A DNA stretch of 64,000 bases, taken from Pseudomonadota bacterium. GTDB lineage: Bacteria; Pseudomonadota; Alphaproteobacteria; Rhodobacterales; Rhodobacteraceae. The DNA is taken from positions 57-64,056 of the forward strand of contig JBCAXJ010000007.1 of assembly GCA_038534135.1 (NCBI GenBank), written 5' to 3'. The position numbers and the translations under genes are program-made. How positions within the stretch are numbered: position 1 is the stretch's first letter; the number at the start of each line of letters is the position of its first letter. The notes beneath the pieces are model-generated. The model was not told the DNA's origin and made no database searches. It was given only the letters and a program-made list of their open reading frames with translations. This document shows, piece by piece, positions 1-8,711 of this stretch.

Positions 1-278
1 ATGCGCATCCGGTCGCGGGTGATCAGGGCTTCGTCCTTCTCGCGCGTCACGGCAAGCTGCATCGAGTTCATGTTGACCGGCGTGATGTCATGGATGATCG
101 GCCAGACGAAGGCGCCGCCGTTGATCACGACCTTCTCGCCCAGGAACCCGGTGCGCACGAAGGCGACCTCCTTGGTCGAGCGTCGGTAGAGCCAGTGCAT
201 CACCCAATACAGGATGAAGATGACAATGACGGCTGCGATCAGCCAGAGGATCAGTTGTCCGATGAGTTGTCCGGTCAT
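1..278 (-). CDS. SPFH/flotillin-like (YqiK-type) membrane protein, N-terminal fragment; continues beyond the left edge
   Basis: Absent from the ORF track because no stop lies in the window. Reverse-strand translation from ATG (complement of 276-278): MTGQLIGQLILWLIAAVIVIFILYWVMHWLYRRSTKEVAFVRTGFLGEKVVINGGAFVWPIIHDITPVNMNSMQLAVTREKDEALITRDRMR. One N-terminal TM helix, then the FVRTG..G.KVV..GG...P..H....VNMN pattern I associate with YqiK/flotillin proteins. A purine-rich SD (GGGAGAGGG) fills the 11-nt gap after the upstream stop. Confidence 0.6.
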   Translation of the reverse strand, partial: MTGQLIGQLILWLIAAVIVIFILYWVMHWLYRRSTKEVAFVRTGFLGEKVVINGGAFVWPIIHDITPVNMNSMQLAVTREKDEALITRDRMR

Positions 279-289
279 ATCCCTCTCCC

Positions 290-1114
290 TCAGCGTCCGA
301 TCTGTTTGAATTTTCGCGTCTGTTCGGTCAGCGCGATCTCGGTCGGCAGGCGTTCCATGGACGAGGCGCCATAGAAGCCGTGGCAGTTCCTGGTGTTCTT
401 CAAAACGAACTCCGCGTCATCCGGCATGGCGACGGGTCCGCCATGGACCAGGACGATGGCATCCGGATTCACCGCGAGTGCTGCACCGGCCCAGGCATCG
501 ACGTATTCCGGGCATCGGTCGAGCTTGAGCGCCGTATCCGCGCCGATGCTGCCCCCGGTGGTCAGGCCCAGATGGCAGACGATGATATCAGCACCCGCTT
601 TGGCCATTGCGGTGGCGCTGTCCTCGTCGAAGACATAGGGCGTTGTCAGCATGTCCTTCTGGTTGGCCATGGCGACGACGTCGATTTCGTGCTGGTAGCC
701 CATCCCGGTTTCTTCCAGGTTCGCCCGGAAGCTGCCGTCGATCAGTCCGACGGTCGGGAAGTTCTGGATGCCGGAGAAGCCCGTGGCTTTGATATCGTCG
801 AGGAAGCGATCCATCATCCGGAACGGGTCCGAGGCGCAAACGCCGGCGAGGACTGGCGTGTTCTTGACGACGGGAAGGACCTCGCCCGCCATCTCCATCA
901 CCACGGCGTTCGCGTCACCGTAGGGCATCAACCCGGCGAGCGATCCTCGCCCGGCCATGCGGTAGCGGCCCGAGTTGTAGATGACGATCAGGTCGATGCC
1001 GCCTGCTTCCTCGCACTTTGCAGACAGGCCCGTGCCTGCGCCGCCGCCGATGATCGGCTCGCCCCGGTCGCGCATGGCGCGAAACTTGGTCATGAGGTCA
1101 GCGCGGTCGAACAT
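290..1114 (-). CDS. PEP-hydrolase-like TIM-barrel protein (usual genomic partner of UPF0261 proteins; homologue of the Tm-1 C-terminal domain)
   Basis: Track ORF 290..1237 trimmed to ATG at 1114. [62 protein letters not shown]... matches the N-terminus typical of this family. The 41 upstream codons look like non-coding read-in. Confidence 0.7.
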   Translation of the reverse strand: MFDRADLMTKFRAMRDRGEPIIGGGAGTGLSAKCEEAGGIDLIVIYNSGRYRMAGRGSLAGLMPYGDANAVVMEMAGEVLPVVKNTPVLAGVCASDPFRMMDRFLDDIKATGFSGIQNFPTVGLIDGSFRANLEETGMGYQHEIDVVAMANQKDMLTTPYVFDEDSATAMAKAGADIIVCHLGLTTGGSIGADTALKLDRCPEYVDAWAGAALAVNPDAIVLVHGGPVAMPDDAEFVLKNTRNCHGFYGASSMERLPTEIALTEQTRKFKQIGR

Positions 1115-1324
1115 AGACGTATCCTGTTGTTGGCAGCGGAGTATGAGCGAAGTGGGCTGCGACCGATCTGGAGGGCGCATTCGCGTGGATTGAGTGGCGT
1201 CGTTCGCCAAAGCCTCCGCGCCGGATACGCTTTTCACGGAGGCGCCATCGCGCCCTCCGGGGGGAGGTTGGGCGTGGCCGGGTTGTGCTGGACGGAGCCA
1301 GTTGCGGGTTTGAACCCAAGGATG

Positions 1325-3514
1325 TCACGCCCCACCTCCTGCTGCGCGGCGCGGCGCAGACCCGTGCAGACTGCGGAACGTCTGGACGACCAGCTTTGCG
1401 AACTCCGGATCGTTGATGTTGTGCGGCGTCCGGATCAGCTGCCGGTTCGACGTCTCGCGCACCGTTTGCGTCAGGGCTTTGAACAGTGCTACGTTGGCCT
1501 CTGGGTCATGGAAGGGCTGACCGGGTGCATCCAGCGCACTGACCCCGCCTTCCGGCAGGAAGAAGCGCACGGGTCCCGTCATCTGGTTCAGCTTTTCGCC
1601 GATCCAGATCCCCATCCGTGTGTTTTCCTCAGGCGTGGTCCGCATCAGCGTGATCTGCGGATTGTGGTGATAAAGATTCCGGTTGCGGTACTGTTCGGGC
1701 ACGGTCTCGGGCGCGTTGAAGTTCACCATGTCGAGCGCGCCACAGGCGCCAATATAGGGCAACCCGGCCCGGATTGACGCGCCGAACCGGTCCTCGTCGG
1801 CCGCAAACACTCCGCCCGCGATCATGTCGCAGATCTCGGTCGTCGTGAGATCCATCACACCGGTGAGCATGCCGGAGTCCAGCAGCTTTTCCATCGCCCG
1901 CCCGCCTGTGCCGGTGGCGTGGAACACCAGACAGTCGTGATCGGCTTCGAGCATCGCCGAGACCTGCTGCACGCAGGGTGTGGTGACGCCGAACATCGTG
2001 ATGCCAATCGCAGGTTTTTCGGATGCGGCAGGTTTGGCGCTTTGGCGCGCCTTGACCATCCCGACCAAGGCGTTCGCGCCGTTCGCCAGAACCTCGCGGG
2101 TGATTGAGTTCAGGCCCTGCACGTCGGCAACCGAATGCAGCATCAGCATGTCGGACGGGCCGACATACTGCCCGACATTGCCCGACGCGATGGTCGAGAT
2201 CATGACTTTCGGCACCCCGACCGGCAGCAGACGCATGGCCGGAGAGACCAGCGCTGTGCCGCCGGAGCCGCCCGCAGATATGATCCCGGACACGTCCGTT
2301 TGCATCGCCATCCAGCGTTCCAATGCCAGCGTCATGCCTGCAACTGCCGAGCCCCGGTCGCTGGTGAAGACGCCAGCGGCACCGCGCGGATGGAACGCGG
2401 CGACGGCGTTCGGCGGGATCTCGGCGCCAGAGGGTTTGCCCGAGGTCGACAGGTCGACCATCTGCACAGAGACGCCCTGCCCCTTCAGGATGTCCCGGAT
2501 GAATCGCAGTTCGTCACCCTTCGTGTCGAGCGTGCCGGCAACCAGAACGCGGCCCGCACCGTTCGTTGCGCGGGCGCTGAACGGTTTGATCGGTGCACTG
2601 GACGACGTCGGCGCTTCGGTCACAGTGCGGGCAGACGCCTCGATCACGCGGACCGGGGCAGGTCTTGACCATCGGGTCGGTGGCGTTGGGTTCGAGACGT
2701 AGACCTTGACCGGACTTTTGGCGGCCTGGGTGTTCTGCGGTGCGGCGGGAGCATGCGTGGGTTCCGGCGTCTCGTCATGCGCGTGACGTCCGACGCCCAG
2801 CAGAGCCTGCTGAAGATCGCGGTCCCCGGCCAGAAGACCTGAGTCCATGACCCGGTTGATCCGGCCGTTCACCATGATCGCGACCTGTTCGGCGACGGCG
2901 CAGGCGACGCCGATGTTCTGCTCGATCACCAGGACGTCGACATCGCCTTCCTCACCCAGGCGGATCAGCATGTCCTCGACCTGTTGAACGATAACCGGGG
3001 CCAGGCCCTCGGTCGGTTCGTCCATCACCAGAAGGCGTGGGTTCAGCAAGAGCGCGCGGGAGATTGCCAGCATCTGCTGCTCGCCGCCGGAAAGTTGCGC
3101 GCCGCCATTCTGTCGGCGTTCGGCCAAACGGGGAAACGTTCCGTAGATCCGCTCGATGGTCCAGGCGCCGCCGCGCTTCTCGACCAGCTTCAGGTGCTCG
3201 TCGACGGTCAGTGATCGCCAGAGCCGCCGACCCTGTGGGACATAGCCGACACCCATACGCGCAATCTCGGCCGGGTTGCGCCCGTTCAGGATCTGACCGT
3301 CCATGGTGATGGTGCCAGAGGCGACAGGCTCGAGCCCCATGATCGTCTTGCAGAGGGTCGTCTTGCCCATGCCGTTGCGGCCAACGACGGACAGCACGCC
3401 GTGGTCCAGCGACAGGTTCACACCCTGCAACGCGTGGCTTTGTCCATAATAGACGTTGAGGTCACGGATCTGGAGGTTCGCGGGGCTAGCCATGGCCATG
3501 GCTCCCGTCCCCAA
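1325..3514 (-). CDS. Fusion protein: LivF-type ABC transporter ATP-binding domain + Pro/Ala/Thr-rich linker + UPF0261 (Tm-1-like ATP-binding) domain
   Basis: Single uninterrupted 729-codon ORF. N-terminal part has Walker [10 protein letters not shown], signature LSGGEQQ and Walker B LLVMDEP. Linker is about aa 243-320 (nt ~2555-2788). C-terminal part ([15 protein letters not shown]..., [26 protein letters not shown]) reads as UPF0261. Start may be ATG 3514, 3499 or 3493; the last lies 4 nt after the livG-like stop. Confidence 0.8.
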   Translation of the reverse strand: MGTGAMAMASPANLQIRDLNVYYGQSHALQGVNLSLDHGVLSVVGRNGMGKTTLCKTIMGLEPVASGTITMDGQILNGRNPAEIARMGVGYVPQGRRLWRSLTVDEHLKLVEKRGGAWTIERIYGTFPRLAERRQNGGAQLSGGEQQMLAISRALLLNPRLLVMDEPTEGLAPVIVQQVEDMLIRLGEEGDVDVLVIEQNIGVACAVAEQVAIMVNGRINRVMDSGLLAGDRDLQQALLGVGRHAHDETPEPTHAPAAPQNTQAAKSPVKVYVSNPTPPTRWSRPAPVRVIEASARTVTEAPTSSSAPIKPFSARATNGAGRVLVAGTLDTKGDELRFIRDILKGQGVSVQMVDLSTSGKPSGAEIPPNAVAAFHPRGAAGVFTSDRGSAVAGMTLALERWMAMQTDVSGIISAGGSGGTALVSPAMRLLPVGVPKVMISTIASGNVGQYVGPSDMLMLHSVADVQGLNSITREVLANGANALVGMVKARQSAKPAASEKPAIGITMFGVTTPCVQQVSAMLEADHDCLVFHATGTGGRAMEKLLDSGMLTGVMDLTTTEICDMIAGGVFAADEDRFGASIRAGLPYIGACGALDMVNFNAPETVPEQYRNRNLYHHNPQITLMRTTPEENTRMGIWIGEKLNQMTGPVRFFLPEGGVSALDAPGQPFHDPEANVALFKALTQTVRETSNRQLIRTPHNINDPEFAKLVVQTFRSLHGSAPRRAAGGGA

Positions 3515-4286
3515 GGTAGAGCGCCTGGACCTCCTCGTCCTCTTCGATCTCGGCCGGTTTGCCTTCCTTGAAGATCCGACCGTTGTGCATCATCGTCACG
3601 CTTTCGGCGACGCGCAGGGCAACGTCCATGTCGTGCTCGATGATGATGAAGCCCATGTGGCCGGGCAGGCCCATCAGGATCTCGATCAACTCGGCGCGCT
3701 CTGTTGGTGACAAGCCTGCCGCCGGTTCGTCGAACAGAATGAAGCGCGGAGCGCCCGCCAGTGCCATTGCGATTTCGAGCTGACGCTGCTGGCCATAGGC
3801 AAGCTCGGCGACAACGGTGTCCTTGACGTCGTCCAGATGGACCACGCGCACGAGGTTCTCGGCAGCTGACATCAGCGCATCGTCCCGCCTTGGCCGCAGG
3901 AAAGAGAACCGTGAGCGCGAAACCCCGACCGATGACAGATAGATGTTGTCGACAACACTCAGGCCGGTGAACAAAAGCGAGATCTGATAGGTTCGGCGCA
4001 AACCCCGCCGGATCCGCTCATGTGCCGGGAAAGCCGTGATGTCCTCGCCGAAGAAGCGGATGTTTCCGGTGGTCGACGGGAAATCTCCGGTCACGCAGTT
4101 GAAGAGTGTCGTCTTGCCCGCACCGTTGGAGCCAAGCACCGCCCGGCGTTCGCCGGGGCGGACGGTCAGGTTGATGTCCTCCATGGCCGCAAGGGCTCCA
4201 AAGAACTTCGAGACACCGCGCAGTTCGAGTGCATTTGCGGTGCCCGTGGCGCCCAGCCGTTCAGAGATGGAGGTGGGCGCGTTCAT
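3486..4286 (-). CDS. LivG-type branched-chain amino acid family ABC transporter ATP-binding protein
   Basis: Track ORF 3486..5267 trimmed to ATG at 4286 ([12 protein letters not shown]...[22 protein letters not shown]). Walker [22 protein letters not shown] signature, Walker B ILFDEP. The ATG overlaps the permease stop (ATGA). Confidence 0.88.
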   Translation of the reverse strand: MNAPTSISERLGATGTANALELRGVSKFFGALAAMEDINLTVRPGERRAVLGSNGAGKTTLFNCVTGDFPSTTGNIRFFGEDITAFPAHERIRRGLRRTYQISLLFTGLSVVDNIYLSSVGVSRSRFSFLRPRRDDALMSAAENLVRVVHLDDVKDTVVAELAYGQQRQLEIAMALAGAPRFILFDEPAAGLSPTERAELIEILMGLPGHMGFIIIEHDMDVALRVAESVTMMHNGRIFKEGKPAEIEEDEEVQALYLGDGSHGHG

Positions 4287-5350
4287 GGTGCGTCGCCTCC
4301 CCGATCCAGCAGCGGATCGCGATTGCGCGCGGCGCGTAGCTTTTCCCACAGGCCTAGGATACCGTCGGGCGACCAGAAAACGATGACCAGGAAGCCGAGC
4401 CCGATCAGCAGTTGGAAGCGGTCTCCGGCAAGGCCAACCGCGATCAGCGCGTCGATGGCGAAGGTCTCGAGGATCACGAACACAAAGGCACCGATGAACG
4501 GGCCGATTGGATGACGCAGTCCACCGATGACGGCGATGATCAGGACGTCGATGACCGGGCCTATCCCGGCTGTGCCGGGCGAGATCTGAGCCAGGTTCCA
4601 CGTCTGCAGGATGCCGCCTATCCCGGCCAGAATTGCAGCGAAAGAGTAGGCCGCGACCCGGTGGCCGATCACGTTGTAGCCCAGCGCCGCCATACGCCGG
4701 GGATTGTCCCGCACGCCTTGAAGCGCGAGCCCGAACGGTGCTCGCGAAAGGTACAAGACAACCAGAAAACAGACGACCGCCCAGAACAGCGTGAGGTAGT
4801 AGAAGGGCACCGCCTGTTGCCAGTCGACGCCGAACAGCTTGGGCGGCAGGACGCCGTTGAAGCCGGAGAATCCGTTGAAGACCACGTAGTTCTGGCGGGT
4901 GAAGTAGAAGAATGCCGCCGCGATGGCGAGCGTGATCATGATGGTGTAGATGCCCTCGGTCCGGACGGCGAGCCAGCCTGCCAGGGTACCGAACAGCACC
5001 GCGACGACGAGAGCGATCGGGATCGCGACATACCATGGCCAGCCGAGCGAGATCGTGTCGATGGCCGAGACACCGAAGATCGCAACCATGTAGCCGCCGA
5101 CACCGGCGATGCTCATTTGCACCAGGCTGACCATGCCGCCGTAGCCGGCGAGGAACATCAGGCTGAGGGCGATGATGCCGGTGTAAAAGGTGCGTCCGAA
5201 GATGTCGTTCAGCACGAAGTTTCCCGCGAAAGCTGGCATCACCAGCAGGACAATCGCCAGCACCCAATAAGCGGCAGGCACGCGCTCGGCCCAGGTCAGG
5301 CGTTCGGCCGCCTCACCGCTGGAAAAGGTGGGAGGGTCGACCACGGCCAT
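4283..5350 (-). CDS. LivM-type ABC transporter permease
   Basis: 355-aa polytopic membrane ORF, positioned between a LivH-like permease and a LivG-like ATPase, with stop/start coupling to the next gene. Confidence 0.85.
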   Translation of the reverse strand: MAVVDPPTFSSGEAAERLTWAERVPAAYWVLAIVLLVMPAFAGNFVLNDIFGRTFYTGIIALSLMFLAGYGGMVSLVQMSIAGVGGYMVAIFGVSAIDTISLGWPWYVAIPIALVVAVLFGTLAGWLAVRTEGIYTIMITLAIAAAFFYFTRQNYVVFNGFSGFNGVLPPKLFGVDWQQAVPFYYLTLFWAVVCFLVVLYLSRAPFGLALQGVRDNPRRMAALGYNVIGHRVAAYSFAAILAGIGGILQTWNLAQISPGTAGIGPVIDVLIIAVIGGLRHPIGPFIGAFVFVILETFAIDALIAVGLAGDRFQLLIGLGFLVIVFWSPDGILGLWEKLRAARNRDPLLDRGGDAP

Positions 5351-5351
5351 A

Positions 5352-6362
5352 TCAGGCGCGCCCCATCAGGCCCTGAGGGCGGAAGGCCAGCACGACCACC
5401 ATAATCAGGAAGGTCAACACCACGGCATAGGTCGGCATGTAGACCGAGCCGAACTGGTCCGCGAGGCCGATCAGAAGCGCACCAATGGCGGCCCCTGGGA
5501 TCGAACCCATGCCCCCCACGATCACGACAATCAGGGAGTACAACAGAAAACGCACATCCTCACCGGGCGCGAGCGCCTGGAATGTCCCTCCAACAACGCC
5601 CGCGAGCCCTGCCAACCCGGCACCAAAGGCGAACACCCCGGCGAAGACCAACTGGATGCGGGCGCCCGTGGCCGAGAGCATATCGCGGTCATCGACTCCG
5701 GCCCGGATCAGCATTCCGATCCGGGTGCGGTTCAGCAGCAGCCACATGCCGATCCCAATGGCGACGGCAGCCAGGAAGATCACGATCCGGACCATCGGAT
5801 ACTTCATGTACACCAGATCGCCAGACCGTTTCTGCGCGGTGACAAGGATCGTCTCCATCGGTCCGGACAGCCAGGACGGTGTCAGGACCTGGTAGAAATC
5901 GCCTCCCCAGATCCAGAGCATTAGATCGGCCATGACGATCGAGATGCCGATGGTGACCAGCGTCTGGCGCAGGTCCTGCCCTTCCATTCGTCGGAACACG
6001 ACGATCTGCATCAACACGCCGAACGCTCCGACGACCAGGAAGGTGACTGGGAAGGCGATCAGCCAGTAGCCCGTCAGGTCCGCAATTTCGTAGCCGATAT
6101 AGCCGCCCAGCAGGTAAAGCGATCCGTGTGCCAGGTTCACATTGCGCATCAGGCCGAAGATCAGGGTGAAACCCGAGGCGACGAGGAAATACAAACCGCC
6201 GAGGGTGACACCGTTGAACAGCGCGTTCAGGAAAACCTTCTTTCGCCCGATCAGTTCGACCAACCATTTCGGCCAGAGCGCGAAGATCATCCAGAGCAGG
6301 ACTGCCACCGCGATCAGCAGGATCACAGTCCAAACAGGATGACGGCGGGCGAAGGCGCTCAT
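5352..6362 (-). CDS. LivH-type ABC transporter permease (with about 40-aa N-terminal extension)
   Basis: 336-aa hydrophobic ORF containing NGVTLGGLYFLVASGFTLIFG, typical of LivH-family permeases. Its stop lies 1 nt before the livM-like start. Confidence 0.85.
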   Translation of the reverse strand: MSAFARRHPVWTVILLIAVAVLLWMIFALWPKWLVELIGRKKVFLNALFNGVTLGGLYFLVASGFTLIFGLMRNVNLAHGSLYLLGGYIGYEIADLTGYWLIAFPVTFLVVGAFGVLMQIVVFRRMEGQDLRQTLVTIGISIVMADLMLWIWGGDFYQVLTPSWLSGPMETILVTAQKRSGDLVYMKYPMVRIVIFLAAVAIGIGMWLLLNRTRIGMLIRAGVDDRDMLSATGARIQLVFAGVFAFGAGLAGLAGVVGGTFQALAPGEDVRFLLYSLIVVIVGGMGSIPGAAIGALLIGLADQFGSVYMPTYAVVLTFLIMVVVLAFRPQGLMGRA

Positions 6363-6515
6363 GCCCGTCTCCCGATTGTCTCGGCCCGGTCCCGCTGGTT
6401 TGGCACTGTTTGCGGCCCTCTGGTACGTCGCATCAGTGCAACGCTAGCCGGTCCCGCCAGTGAGTGTCATACCGCGCAGTCTGATCGGTTGGCCCGGCAT
6501 CGGCAAAAGCCGGAT

Positions 6516-7343
6516 TCAGACGATGTTGGCGACCCGGCGATAATCGGTCGGCGGGATGCCGACGTTCGACGTGAAGAACCGTGTGAAGCTGGCCTGGCTG
6601 GCGAAACCCAGATCCAGCCCGATATCCGTGACGGATTTGCGGGTGGTTATGAGATCCTCGATCGCATGCTCGGCCCGCAACGTGTTGAGATACAGATTCG
6701 GTGTGATCCCCATCTGCATCTTGAAAAGCTTGAAGAAATGCGGGCGGGACAAGCCGACCTCGCGGGCCAGATCATCCATACCTGTCTCTTCGGCATAGCT
6801 TTGCTGCATCAGCCTGAGCGAGCGGCGCACGCGGAAATCGTTGAACCGGCGCTGCACGTTCTGCAGGCAGGCCCGTTCCTTGTGACCTTGCCAGGACTGA
6901 TCAAAGCAAAGCCGCGTCGTCTCGAACAGAAAGCCGTCGAACCGGTCGGATGGCTGGTCGTCGAGCAAAAGGTTCGTCAGACGCCCGACCCACATCTCGA
7001 CGGCTGGGGTCATGGTTACGGCGGGCGTTCCGAAACTGAGCGCGAATTCAGCGAGGCTACTGTTCTCGAGGAACCACATCGGCTTGATGTAAAGGGTCAG
7101 AACATAGCTGCATTCATCGGCAGCAAGCGGCTCGTAGCTGTGCGGCTCCCATGGGCTGATCGCGATGCTGTTATCCTTGTCGATCGCGAAATCGACATCC
7201 CCGACCCGTATGCGTCCGGGGGCGCCACCCAGATAGAAGATCAGATGCCCCTCGCGATGCGCATGGGTTATCAGCGGCTTGTCGAGTTCATACAGCGTTG
7301 CACGGCCAAAAGAGCCGTGATGGACCGAGATTGCTCTCGCCAT
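6516..7343 (-). CDS. AraC family transcriptional regulator
   Basis: Track ORF trimmed to ATG 7343 (GGGAGGA SD upstream). C-terminal double HTH: LAREVGLSRPHFFKLFKMQMGITPNLYLNTLRAEHAIEDL...IGLDLGFASQASFTRFFTSNVGIPPTDYRR. Confidence 0.82.
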   Translation of the reverse strand: MARAISVHHGSFGRATLYELDKPLITHAHREGHLIFYLGGAPGRIRVGDVDFAIDKDNSIAISPWEPHSYEPLAADECSYVLTLYIKPMWFLENSSLAEFALSFGTPAVTMTPAVEMWVGRLTNLLLDDQPSDRFDGFLFETTRLCFDQSWQGHKERACLQNVQRRFNDFRVRRSLRLMQQSYAEETGMDDLAREVGLSRPHFFKLFKMQMGITPNLYLNTLRAEHAIEDLITTRKSVTDIGLDLGFASQASFTRFFTSNVGIPPTDYRRVANIV

Positions 7344-7484
7344 CGCGCAGTCCTCCCTTGTCTGGCCGCATCGTTCGTGCCGTGCGGCTCTTTGCGTTCG
7401 ACTACGGGACGAATCGCTGCGTTTGGCAACCGTGAACATGCGGATCGAAGACTCTCCGGCATGGAGTCTTGGTTTGTTCCCAAG

Positions 7485-8648
7485 TCAGGCGGTCGATGCG
7501 TTCGCCAGTTCGGGCTGCCGGTACGCTGACATCAGAATGTCGAGGACGTCATCGGCATCCATTTGAACGGGGCCGTTCCCGATCGCGCGGTCTGCGGACG
7601 CGATCTGGGCGGCCTGGGGTAGATCCTCGGGCGTCAACCCAACGTCTTCGAGCGATCTGCACAGCGGCAGCGTTGCCAGAAAGCGATCGATGCGATCCGC
7701 AAGGCTCTCGTGTTTGCCAAGCGAAAGACTGCGCCTCAGCGGTTGGGCCCGCGCTGCCACAAAGGGTTCGTAGTGGCGCATCAGGACCGGGATGAGAATA
7801 CCGCCGAGCGTGCTGGGATCGATCGGCTTGTCCGCGATGGAAGAGACCGCGTTCGAAATCGCATGGACCGGGCAGAGACCCTTTTGCAGCGCGAGGGAGC
7901 TGTTCAGCCCACTTGCCATCATCTGCCGCCGGGCGGGCAGACGATCCTGTTTCAGGACGTCGGTCGCATAGGTGATCGCACGGGACAGCGCATCGAGCGC
8001 CAAACCCTCGGCCGGCGGATTGAACCCAGGCGCCAGGTAGCCATCAACCGCACGGGCGAAGATCCCGGCGGCGGCAATGGCGGTATCCGACTGGCTGGCA
8101 CCCAGTGTCAGCGTCGGGTCGCAGATCGTTAGGCGTGGAAGCAGGCGCGGTGACGACAGCAACACCTGACCGCCTTCGTCCGGTGCTACCCGCGTGTAGT
8201 CGGTGATGGCGGAGGCAAATCCCAAAATCCCGGGGATCGTGTAGAGATCGGGCAACGTCTTCGAGATCCGCTGCCCGCCGCCTTCTTCGGATGAGAGGGC
8301 CGAGATCGGCTCGTTGTGAGCAATCGCGATCCGCGCCGTCTTGGCCAGATCCATCGCCCTGTTCGAGCCGAACGCGATCAGGACATCGCAGTCAAGATCG
8401 GTATAGGTTTTCGAGATATCCCGGGCGGCGGACTCAGTGATGCGGTTGGGGATGGCCGTGAAGACCTCGATGCGCGACCGGATCGGGAAGCTCGCGAAGA
8501 ACCGTTCGGACATCGTTCCGACAAGGTGGCCCTCTTCGGCGATCACAAGCGGTCGCCGCTTGCCGTGGCGCTCCATTTCCGAGCGCAAGGCCTCCTCCAG
8601 AACGCCATCGGCGAAATGAACGCGCGTCAGGTAGTTGATCAGGGTCAT
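7485..8648 (-). CDS. Iron-containing (group III) alcohol dehydrogenase family homologue, motif-divergent
   Basis: Track ORF trimmed to ATG 8648 (MTLINYLTRVHFADGVLEEAL...), which aligns by eye over its full length with FucO-type Fe-ADHs. The GGGS loop reads FGSN, and three of four metal-ligand positions appear substituted (see findings). Confidence 0.65.
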   Translation of the reverse strand: MTLINYLTRVHFADGVLEEALRSEMERHGKRRPLVIAEEGHLVGTMSERFFASFPIRSRIEVFTAIPNRITESAARDISKTYTDLDCDVLIAFGSNRAMDLAKTARIAIAHNEPISALSSEEGGGQRISKTLPDLYTIPGILGFASAITDYTRVAPDEGGQVLLSSPRLLPRLTICDPTLTLGASQSDTAIAAAGIFARAVDGYLAPGFNPPAEGLALDALSRAITYATDVLKQDRLPARRQMMASGLNSSLALQKGLCPVHAISNAVSSIADKPIDPSTLGGILIPVLMRHYEPFVAARAQPLRRSLSLGKHESLADRIDRFLATLPLCRSLEDVGLTPEDLPQAAQIASADRAIGNGPVQMDADDVLDILMSAYRQPELANASTA

Positions 8649-8711
8649 GCCGAATTGCCCCGCGTCGGATAGGGACCGGGCGCTGACGCCCGGACCCATC
8701 TCAAGGAGAAG

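Noticed and set aside
380-1777. 465-aa plus-strand ORF across the TIM-barrel gene and the end of the UPF0261 fusion
   Set aside because: It is antisense to two genes with clear family matches. The translation has no motif and a biased composition.
4287-5267. N-terminal 327 aa of track ORF 3486..5267 (which would make a 593-aa LivG)
   Set aside because: This part is out of frame over the LivM-like permease gene and is Arg/Pro/Gly-rich nonsense. The real ATPase begins at ATG 4286, with an ATGA overlap to the permease stop.
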